From an uncultured Actinomycetes bacterium (GTDB lineage Bacteria; Actinomycetota; Thermoleophilia; Gaiellales; Gaiellaceae), in contig CAWGEE010000007.1 of NCBI GenBank assembly GCA_963821415.1, forward strand, positions 725-64,724: a stretch of DNA of 64,000 nt. Direction: 5' to 3'. A program made the translations under genes and the position numbers. Positions 20,336 to 29,010 of the stretch are shown in pieces; position 1 is the stretch's first letter; the number at the start of each line of letters is the position of its first letter. The notes beneath the pieces are model-generated. The model did no database searches and had not been told where the DNA came from. It worked only from the letters and a program-made list of their open reading frames with translations.

Positions 20336-20869
20336 ATGGTCGCCGGCGAGTCGTACGACGCCTCGGATCCGGCGCTCGTGGCGGCGCGTGCACGCGCCCG
20401 CCGGCTGACGGCGCGCTACAACACGACGTCACAGGAAGACGGCGACGAGCGGCGCGCACTGTTGACTGAGCTGTTCGAAGAGGTCGGCGACGGAGCGTGG
20501 ATCGAGCCGCCGTTCCAGTGCGATTACGGCTGGAACATCACGCTCGGAGACCGTGTCTTCCTGAACTTCAACTGCGTGATCCTCGACTGCGCCCCCGTCA
20601 CGATCGGTGCGCTTACGCAGATCGGCCCCGCAGTGCAGCTCTGCGCAGCCACGCATCCCGTGAACCCTGAAGAGCGTGCTGAGGGCATCGAGTACGCGAA
20701 GCCGATCTCGATCGGGCGCAACGTCTGGATCGGCGCAGGCGCGATCGTCGGCCCAGGCGTCACGATCGGCGACGATGCCGTCATCGGCGCGGGCAGCGTA
20801 GTCCTACGCGACGTACCCGCGCGCTCGGTGGCCGCCGGCGTCCCCTGCCGGATCCTGCGGTCGATCTAG
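20336..20869 (+). CDS. maltose/galactoside O-acetyltransferase-like hexapeptide-repeat protein (copy 2)
   Basis: Part of ORF 20321..20869. The same MVAGESYD start is chosen as in copy 1. It differs by 2 amino acids (R/L, S/N). Confidence 0.85.
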   Translation: MVAGESYDASDPALVAARARARRLTARYNTTSQEDGDERRALLTELFEEVGDGAWIEPPFQCDYGWNITLGDRVFLNFNCVILDCAPVTIGALTQIGPAVQLCAATHPVNPEERAEGIEYAKPISIGRNVWIGAGAIVGPGVTIGDDAVIGAGSVVLRDVPARSVAAGVPCRILRSI

Positions 20870-20901
20870 GCGCACCGAAACGCGAGCCGTAGAATCGCCG
20901 C

Positions 20902-22713
20902 GTGGCCGACGCCCCGCGTCACGACTACCTGCCGATCGCGGATCACGGCATCATCGGCGACCTGCACTCGGCTGCGCTCGTCGGCACCGACGGCACGATC
21001 GACTGGTACTGCCACGACCGCTTCGACGCGCCCAGCGTGTTCGCGTCGATCCTCGACGCCGAGCGCGGCGGCTTCTTCCGTCTCACGCCGATCAAGTGCC
21101 AGTGGACGTCGAAGCAGCTCTACGTGCCGGACACGAACGTCCTCATCACACGGTTCCTGTCGCAGGACGGCGTGGGCGAGGTCATCGACTTCATGCCCGT
21201 CGACGACCGCCGGCAGGGGACGCACCGCCAGCGGCTCGTGCGACGGGTCCTCTGCGTGAAGGGCGCGCTGCAGTTCCAGGCCGAGGTGGAGCCGCGCTTC
21301 GACTACGGCCGTGCGGACGCGGACATCGCCGTCACCGACGACGGCGCCGTCTTCGCCTCACCCGATCTGACGCTCTCGCTCTCGGCCCGCGTCCCGTCTC
21401 GAGCGCACGAAGGCAGGTGTCCGCGCTGCCTTCGCACTCGATCAGGGCCAGAGCGCGACGTTCGTGCTCGAGCAAGGCGACCAGCCGCGCCCCGTACGCC
21501 GAGGACGACACGCGCGAGCTGTTCGACGAAACCGTCGACTACTGGCTGCGGTGGATCGCCGCGGCGCGCTACCAGGGACGGTGGCGCGAGATCGTGAGGC
21601 GTTCCGCGCTGACGTTGAAGCTCCTGACGTACCAGTCCGTCGGGCGCGCTCATCGCCGCCGCGACGACGAGCCTCCCCGAGCAGCTCGGCGGCGAGCGCA
21701 ACTGGGACTACCGCTACACGTGGATTCGCGACGCGGCGTTCTCCCTCTACGCGCTGCTGCGGCTGGGCTTCACGGAGGAGGCCGCAGCGTTCGGCGGCTG
21801 GCTGACCGACCGATTCCGCGAGGAGCACAAAGGCGAGTCCGGGCCGCTCCAGATCATGTACGCGATCGACGGCAACTCCGATCTCGAGGAGCAGATCCTC
21901 GACCACCTGGAGGGCTACTGCGGCTCGGGCCCGGTGCGAATCGGCAACGGCGCCGCCGACCAGCTGCAGCTCGACATCTACGGCGAGCTCGTCGACTCCG
22001 TCTACCTCTACAACAAGTACGGCGAGCCGATCTCCCACGACGCCTGGATGGATCTGACGCGAATCGTCAACTGGGTCTGCGAGAACTGGGACCAGCCGGA
22101 CGAGGGGATCTGGGAGACGCGCGGCGGCCGCCAACACTTCACGTACTCGCGGCTGATGTGCTGGGTAGCGGTCGAGCGGGCGGTCCGCGTCGCGCGCCAG
22201 CGCGGCCTACCGGCCGATCTCGTCGCCTGGACGAAGACGCGCGACGAGATCTACCACCAGATCATGGAGAAGGGCTGGAACGAGGAGCGCGGCGCGTTCG
22301 TGCAGCACTACGGCTCGGACGTCCTCGACGCGTCGAACCTCCTCATGCCGCTCGTGAAGTTCGTCTCGCCCACCGATCCGCGCTGGCTCTCGACGCTCGA
22401 CCTGATGACGGAGGAGCTCGTCTCCGACACGCTCGTCTACCGCTACAACGTCAGGGCCTCGCCGGACGGAGTCGAGGGCGACGAGGGCACGTTCTCGATC
22501 TGCTCGTTCTGGTACGTGGAGGCGCTGGCACGCGCGGGCCAGCTCGATCGCGCGCGCATCGCCTTCGAGAAGATGCTCACGTACGCGAACCACCTCGGCC
22601 TCTTCTCCGAGGAGATCGGCCCGCACGGCGAGCAGCTCGGCAACTTCCCGCAGGCGTTCACGCACCTGGCGCTGATCAGCGCCGCGACGAACCTCGACCG
22701 CCAGCTTGGCTAG
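20902..22713 (+). pseudogene. glycoside hydrolase family 15 (glucoamylase/trehalase-like), 3 frame changes
   Basis: Pieces lie in ORF 20902..21597, the frames of ORFs 21464 and 21096, then ORF 21856..22713. Motifs include [53 protein letters not shown] and [18 protein letters not shown]. Breaks lie near 21395, 21490 and 21640. TAGAAT (20890-20895)-N6-GTG. Confidence 0.8.
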
Positions 22714-23145
22714 GCCAGCTCCATGTCGACAAACGGCACGTCGCCCCAGCCCTCGAAGAACCGCGTCTTGGTGCCCGTCCGCCGGAACCCGGCTCGCTCG
22801 TACACGTGGATCGCCCGCTCGTTGAACTCGGCCACGTCGAGCACGAACCGGGTCGCTCCAAGATCGCTCTCTCGCGAAGTCGAGACCGGCGGTCACGAAG
22901 GCCTGCCCTAACCCGCGTCCGGTGAGGTCGGGCCTCAGCCCGAGGCCGTAAAACATCGCGCCTCCACGCTCCGCGAAGAAGTAGAAGCCTGCGATTGCAC
23001 CGTCGTCGGTGAGCACGCTGTAGAAGCACTCCGGATTCAGGGGCGGGAGCCCGTCGTCGTCGTAGAAGTCGTAGGGCGGCGGATACCGCCACTTCCCCCG
23101 CTCCCGAAACAGCGCGTCCGTTGCAGGCTCGATGCGGAGGATCAC
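22710..23145 (-). pseudogene. GNAT-family N-acetyltransferase, one frame break
   Basis: ORF 22207..23145(-) N-terminal part reads ...FYFFAERGGAMFYGLGLRPDLTGRGLGQAFV (the acetyl-CoA Q/RxxGxG/A motif). After ~22870 the family tail GATRFVLDVAEFNERAIHVYERAGFRRTG...DMELA is in another frame and stops at 22710-22712. Confidence 0.65.
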
Positions 23146-23312
23146 GGCAGCGAACGAAGGATCTGCTCTGCCTCGGCAACGACCCGCCGCACGATTTCGC
23201 CTGCGGGGAGCACCTCGTCGACGAGCCCGCCGTCTCCGAACCCGCCTGCCGCGACCGCGCAGACGACGGGGTGCTCGATGCCGACGAGCCGGGTGAACGC
23301 CGTCTCGATCAC
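23142..23312 (-). pseudogene. 56-codon remnant of a nitronate-monooxygenase-like gene (large internal deletion)
   Basis: Below the ORF-track size cut-off. My translation is VIETAFTRLVGIEHPVVCAVAAGGFGDGGLVDEVLPAGEIVRRVVAEAEQILRSLP. It looks like the N-terminal and C-terminal ends of an NMO/enoyl-reductase-type TIM barrel joined in frame. TAGAAT (23319-23324, minus)-N6-GTG. The stop overlaps the GNAT GTG (GTGA). Confidence 0.4.
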
Positions 23313-23329
23313 GCGCCGATTCTAGTGCT

Positions 23330-23362
23330 ATAGTTCACTCCGAAATAGTTCACACTGAACTA
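23330..23362. promoter_or_regulatory. candidate PadR operator in an AT-rich divergent promoter region
   Basis: ATAGTTCAC occurs twice (23330-23338 and 23345-23353). The second copy is part of the perfect inverted repeat TAGTTCA-cac-TGAACTA (23346-23362), 19 nt upstream of the PadR GTG. Confidence 0.5.
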
Positions 23363-23380
23363 ACACCCACCGAAGCGGCC

Positions 23381-23878
23381 GTGCTCTCACTCCTTGCCAT
23401 CGAGGGCGAGCGGTCGCGCTACGACCTCATGAAGAGCCTCTCGAAGGCGATCGGCTACATCTGGGCGCCGGCGAAGACGCAGCTCTACGCGCTCCTCCCC
23501 AAGCTCGCCGAGCGCGGCCTCGCGACGAGCCGTACGGTGCGTGAAGGCGCGCGGCCGGAGAAGAAGCTCTTCAAGATCACGAGCGCCGGCCAGTCGGAGC
23601 TCGATCGCTGGCTCGCAGAGCGGCCCGACTCGACCGAGACCTTCTACCTCCGGCTCTTCGTCGGCGGCCTCGTCCCGCCGGAGGTGCTCGCTCAACACGT
23701 TGAGTGGTTCCGCGAGCGGACGGCCGAGCAGCTCGAGGAGTACCGGCAGATCGAGCCGACGAACACGCGCACGGACAACGACTTCTTCCACTACTTCCTG
23801 CTCCGCCTCGGCATCGAGCGCTCGGAGCATCTCCTCCGCTGGTCGGACTGGGTTCTCGAGGAGCTCGAGGCCGCATGA
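23381..23878 (+). CDS. PadR-family transcriptional regulator
   Basis: ORF 23381..23878 has the winged-helix region ERSRYDLMKSLSKAIGYIWAPAKTQLYALLPKLAERGLA and a C-terminal dimerisation helix. In-frame upstream codons (ELTPTEAA) also look PadR-like but have no canonical start, so the start is uncertain. Confidence 0.8.
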   Translation: MLSLLAIEGERSRYDLMKSLSKAIGYIWAPAKTQLYALLPKLAERGLATSRTVREGARPEKKLFKITSAGQSELDRWLAERPDSTETFYLRLFVGGLVPPEVLAQHVEWFRERTAEQLEEYRQIEPTNTRTDNDFFHYFLLRLGIERSEHLLRWSDWVLEELEAA

Positions 23879-25149
23879 CCCTGCTCGCCCGACTGCTCGT
23901 GGTGGTCGCCCTCTGCCTGGTCGCGGTCGGGTCGAGCGGGGCCTCGACGTCGGCGACCGTGCCCGGCGCGGAGTCGGACGTGCGCCTGCTCGCGCAGCAG
24001 CTGGAGGCGATCCATCCCGACCTGTTCGACAGCGTCCCACGCGCACGTTTCAAGTCAGCCGTCGACACCGCGGCGGCCCGCGCCGACGAGCTCTCCGAGA
24101 ACGAGCTGCTCGTCGAGCTCATGCGCATCGCGGCGCTCCCGGGCAACGGGAACGGCCATAGCGGCATCTTCCCCGGCGATCCGCAGCACCGTCGCGACCT
24201 CCACCTCTATCCCCTCCGCCTCTACGCGTTCCCCGACGGGACGTACGTCGTCGACGAGAAGGGCAGTGACGGCCTCGTCGGCGCGCGCCTCACGGCGATC
24301 GGCGGCGTCTCCTACGCCGAGGTCGCGAAACGCGTGCGGCCGCTCGTCCCGCATGACAACGCGAGCAACCTCCAGGGCTACCTGCCGCACTGGGTGTTGA
24401 CGGCGGAAGTGCTCGACGGGCTCGGCATCGCTGACGGCATTTCTCCGCTCGAGTTCACGTTCGTGCAGGGCGGCAAGTCGCGGTCGGTGACGCTCTCCCC
24501 CGTGACAGTGCCGTCCTACGTCTCGACGTTCCAGCGACCCGCTCCACGGGCACTATCCGTCGATCCTGCCCCGGCGGAAGCCGACGCCTCTCTACCTCCA
24601 GAAGAGCGCGAGCCTGCTCTGGGTCGGGACCCTCGACCGCGGTCGAGCGGTCTTCGTGGGCTTCAACGCAGTGCAACGTCCGAGTCAGGCGCTCGTGGAC
24701 CGCGTCACGAAGCTCTCGCGCGGGAGGCAGGTCAAGCGCGTGATCGTCGACCTCCGCCTCAACGGCGGCGGGGACAACACGACGTACGGGAGCCTGCTCA
24801 GCGCGCTCACCGACTCGAGTCATCAACCGGAAAGGGCGGCTGTTCGTCCTCATCGGCCGCGCGACCTTCTCGGCCGCAGCGAACTTCGCCGCCGACGTCG
24901 ACCGGCTCACGAAGGCGACGTTCATCGGAGAGCCGACCGGCGGCTTCGTGCGCGGACTACGGAGACACCGTTTCGGTGCTGCTCCCGAAGAGCGGGATCA
25001 ACGTGCGCATCGCGGCCCGCTACTGGGACTTCAGCAAGGGCTCCAGCGACCGGCGGCTCGCCGTAAACCCTGACCGCAAGGTCAAGGTGACCATCGCCGA
25101 CTTCCTCGCCGGCCGAGACCCGGTGCTCGCCGCGGCGCTCAGGAGCTGA
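23875..25149 (+). pseudogene. secreted S41-family peptidase-like protein, 3 frame changes
   Basis: ATG 23875 overlaps the PadR stop (ATGA). The signal peptide is MTLLARLLVVVALCLVAVGSSGA. The middle part ([20 protein letters not shown], then [32 protein letters not shown]) runs in the two other frames. The tail ...[25 protein letters not shown] returns to the first frame. Breaks lie near 24540, 24825 and 24950. Confidence 0.55.
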
Positions 25150-25178
25150 AGCCTTAGGTCTGCGACAATCGCGGCCTC

Positions 25179-27937
25179 GTGTCCGGCCGCGTCGACCTGC
25201 CCGAGGGTGAGGTCACCTTTCTCTTCACCGACGTGCAAGGGAGCACGCGGCTGCTCGAGGAGCACCCGGTGGAGTACGCGTCGAAGATCGCGCGGCATCA
25301 CGAGCTGCTGGAGGATGCCGTCGTCGATCGTCGAGGAGTCGTGTTCGAGACGATCGGTGATGCGGTGTACGCCGCGTTCGCCGACCCGACGGACGCGGTC
25401 GAGGCCGCGGTCGCAGGCCAGCTGGCGCTCGCCGCAGAGGACTGGGGATCGCTCGGGCAGATCACGGTACGCATGGGCCTGCACACCGGGCCGGTCGAGC
25501 GACGCGACACCCATTACTTCGGTGCTCCGCTCTACCGCTGTGCGCGCCTGATGGCGACTGCACACGGAGGCCAGATCGTGCTGACGGAGGCGACGGCGCG
25601 CCTCGTTCAGGATTCGCTCGACGCGACGCTCGTGGACCTCGGCATGCACGGGCTGAAAGATCTCCGCGAGCCCGAACGCGTCTTCCAGGTTGCCCGCGAC
25701 GGCCTCGCTGCAGACTTCCCGCCGCTTCGATCCGCGGGAGGAAGGCCGAACAACCTGCCGGCGGAGGTGAAGACCTTTGTCGGGCGGCGAGACGAGCTGG
25801 CGTCGTTGTGCGAGCTGCTCCTGACACCGGGCGTCCGGGCCGTGACGATCACCGGTCCCGGCGGCACGGGCAAGACGCGCCTGGCGCTGCGAGCGGCGGA
25901 GCAGCTGCTCGAGCCGTTCAAGGACGGCGTCTTCTTCGTTCCGCTGACGCCCCTCTCCGGCCCGGAGCTCGTGATGCCCGCGATCGCCGGCGTGCTCGGC
26001 GTCCAGAAGTCGGCGGACCGAACGCTCGTCGACTCCGTCGTCACTCACCTTGCCGGCAAGGAGCTGCTGCTCGTGCTCGACAACTTCGAGCATGTCCTGC
26101 CGGCCGCCGAGGACGTCGCGGCGGTGCTCGCGTCCACCCCCAACGTGAGAGTGCTGGCGACGAGCCGCGTGCCGCTGCACATCCAGGGCGAGCATGACGT
26201 TCACATCCGCCCTCTCGCGCTGCCGGAGACGGATGCGAGCCTCGGCGAAGTCATGCGCGCGCCGGCCGTTCAGCTCTTCGCACAGCGGGCGCAGGAGTCG
26301 AGAGACGACTTCGCGCTGACCGAGGACAACTGCCGGACGATCGGCGAGATCTGCCGCCGGCTCGACGGACTGCCGCTGGCGATCGAGCTCGCCGCCTCGC
26401 GAAGCCGGCTGCTGTCACCGGAGGCGATGCTCGAGCGCGTGGACGACCGCCTCGGCCTGCTGACCGGCGGCCCCAGCGATCTGCCGTCGAGACAGCAGAC
26501 GCTTCGCAGCACGATTCAGTGGAGCTTCGACTTGCTCGAAGAGCCGGAGCAGGTGCTCCTGGGTCGGCTGTCGATCTTTCGCGGCGGCTGCGACCTGCCC
26601 GCCGCGGAGGCCGTTTGCGGCGCCGACGTCCTGACGTCCCTCTCCGTCCTCGTCGAGCACAGCCTCGTCGAGGCGCGTTGGAACGAGCTGGGCGACACTC
26701 GCTACGAGCTGCTGGAGACGATCGCCGAGTTCGCACGCGAGCGACTCGAAGAGAGCGGCGAAGCCGATGAGGTCGCCGAGCGGCACGCCGAGTACTTCGC
26801 GGCCTATGCCGAGGCCGTCGAGCCGTCGCTCTACAGCGACGCGCGGGCTCCGTGGCTCCTCAGGCTGTCCGATGACCGCGACAACGTCCGTGCCGCCCTG
26901 GCCTGGTCGGTGGAGCGCGACGAGGCCGCGGTCGGCCTCCGCATCCTGGCGGCGCTCTGGCTCTGGTGGTGGACGGCGTTCAGCGAGGGACTTGCCTGGG
27001 CAGAGCAAGTGCTCAGCCTGCCCAGCGCGGCCGAGCCGACGAGCGCACGCGCCGGAACGTTGTTCACGGCAGAGATCTGCGCAATCGGCGCCGGTGACGT
27101 TCGGCTGACACGCCGGTACGCGGAGGAGGCGCTCGCCGTCAGCCGTTCGCTCGGCGAGGAGCGCTTGTTCGCGCTCGCGCAAGGACTCGGCGCAGGCGCA
27201 CTTGCCGGCCTTCGGAGCGGCCCCGGGGTCGCCTTCGACGATCCCGACGGGCCGCAGCGGGTACAGGAGCTGGGCACGGAGGCGATCGCCGTCGCTGAGC
27301 GCAGCGGGGATCGAATGGGTCGTCGCGTGGGTGACGATGATCTCGGGTTACGCGACGCTGCTGTCAGGCAACCCGGTGGCGGCCGAGCCCTGGGCAGCGG
27401 CCGCCGTGGCGAGATTCGAGCGAGCTCGGCGACTCGTGGTCGAGAGCCACGGCGTCGGTCGCCCGCGCCTTCTCGCTCGTGCAGCTCGGCGAGCTGGAGG
27501 CGGCAGGCGAGGCGCTCGAAGGCAGCGTGGACGCGCTGCGCTCGGTTGGAGATTTGAAGATGGCCAACACCGGCCTCATCGCGAACGGGCTCGTCGCCCG
27601 GCTGACCGGCGACATGGAGAGCTCGGAGGCCCGCTACGGCGAAGCACTCGCCGTCTGCGTCGAAGTGGGCGATCCGGCCAACGCGCCCGTCTGCCTGGAG
27701 GGCGTCGCGGCGTCGGTCGCCGCCCACGACCCCGAGCGCGCCGCCCGTCTACTTGGAGCAGCGAAGGCGCTCTTCGACTCCGGCGCCTTTCCGACCGTTC
27801 CCGGGTTCGAGGTCTTCTATGTCGGGACGCGATCCATGCTGGCGGACGCCCTCGGCGAAGACGAGGTCGGCCGGCTCGAAGCCCTCGGCGCGACGAACGC
27901 AAAGACGCGGCCACTCGCCGAGCTCATCGACGCCTGA
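25179..27937 (+). pseudogene. class III adenylate/guanylate cyclase domain - NTPase (P-loop) - TPR multidomain signalling protein (STAND-like), 2 frame changes near the C-terminus
   Basis: ORF 25179..27557 has the cyclase core (VTFLFTDVQGST...ETIGDAVYAAF...RMGLHTG), the P-loop GPGGTGKTRLAL, the Walker B-like LLLVLDNFEH, and TPR-like repeats. The C-terminal repeats continue in ORF 27202 (IEWVVAWVTMISGYATLLSGNP) and ORF 27479..27937. Breaks lie near 27300 and 27420. Confidence 0.8.
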
Positions 27938-28691
27938 TCAGTCGTTCGCGGCGATGAAGCCGAGGACGCGCGCCCACGCGTCGTCCGACGCGTCCTGGAA
28001 GTCCTCCTGCTTGCGGTCGAAGAAGCTGTGCGGCGCGCCAGGGTAGGTCACGAGCTCGTGCTGTACGCCCGCTGCGCGCAACGCCTCCTCGAACGCCGCG
28101 TTGTCCTCGGCCGTGATGTTCTGGTCGTCGCCTGCCTGGAGCGCGAGGATCGGGCACTCCATCTCCGGCGCGCGCTGGATCGGTCCGGGTGAGCCGTCGG
28201 GACCTTCACCGGTGCGTCCATAGAAGCCGACCGCCCCGGCCAGACCGTGGCCTCCCGCGGCGGACAGCCACGAGTGGCGCCCGCCCATGCAGAAGCCGAC
28301 GGTGAAGACCTTCTTCAGCTCCGTGCTCGCGCAGCCAGGCGACGGCTGCGGCGACGTCGGCCTGAATCTCCGAGGGCTTCACGGCCTGCACGTGCGGCAT
28401 GTACTCGAACTCGTCATCGCGCTTGGCGACGCCCGCCGTGCGGCCGAAGTAGTCGAACGCGATGGCCGGGTAGCCGCGCTCCGCGAAGCGCAGGGCCAGC
28501 TCCTCGTAGAAGCGGTAGAGGCCGCGAACGTCGGGGAGGATGACGATGCCGGTGTCGCCCGGCTCGTCGGGCAGCGCGGCGAAGGCGGCGAAGCGGTTGC
28601 CGTCGGCCGCATCCAGCACGAGCTCCTCGTGCGAGACGGCCGCGCCGGAGATGACGGGGACGGGCGGAGAGGAGTCGTCGTCGAAGCACAT
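27938..28691 (-). pseudogene. dienelactone hydrolase family protein, one frame break
   Basis: ORF 28206..28691(-) reads ...GIVILPDVRGLYRFYEELALRFAERGYPAIAFDYFGR. The nucleophile segment VFTVGFCMGGRHSW and the tail (ORF 27938..28288) are in another frame. The break is near 28300. A GGGAG SD precedes ATG 28691. Confidence 0.8.
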
Positions 28692-28746
28692 CGCACTCCC
28701 GACGATACCCGCTTGACAAGCGTGCGAGAACGTGAAAGATTCTCCC

Positions 28747-28793
28747 CGTCAAGTCCTCGGAGATCTTCGGATCGCCGGGGACTTGGCGTTTTT
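28747..28793 (+). terminator. orphan intrinsic-terminator-like hairpin (UUCG-capped) plus T5
   Basis: CGTCAAGTCCTCGG-A-GATC-TTCG-GATC-G-CCGGGGACTTGGCG pairs 14 + 4 bp (two G-T wobbles, one A/G mismatch). It is followed by TTTTT (28789-28793). No plus-strand gene ends upstream of it. Confidence 0.45.
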
Positions 28794-28798
28794 GCGTT

Positions 28799-28819
28799 GG
28801 GGGAAACCATGTTTCCCCC
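28799..28819. other. perfect 9-bp palindrome GGGGGAAAC-cat-GTTTCCCCC
   Basis: Read directly from the sequence. It starts 6 nt after the T5 tract, inside a ~320-bp non-coding, lower-GC spacer. Confidence 0.5.
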
Positions 28820-29010
28820 ACGGACCCCCTTCTTCTCGTCGCTGGTGGGAAGCTGGATCGGTGATTCGAGACCGACTCTCGCGCACAGGTTTGCTGTGGC
28901 GAAGGCGCCGGCCAAGCCGCCGCCTTCGTCGTTTCTTGGAGTCGTGGCTGGGAAGATCGACCGCACATCACCCTCGGGCCACAGCGGGCGTGGGCTGTTT
29001 GGCGAGCCGT

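Larger units (their letters stand above)
19964..20869 (+). repeat. direct repeat copy 2 (TfoX_N + acetyltransferase module)
   Basis: See 12686..13588. My manual count gives ~27 mismatches in the 333-nt TfoX genes and ~11 in the 534-nt acetyltransferase genes. Confidence 0.9.

Noticed and set aside
12600-20900. IS element or integrase-mediated mobility of the repeat-bracketed LuxR/ABC cassette.
   Set aside because: There are no inverted terminal repeats, target-site duplications or recombinase genes at or near the repeat boundaries. The repeats are ordinary housekeeping-type genes, so only homologous recombination is a plausible mechanism.
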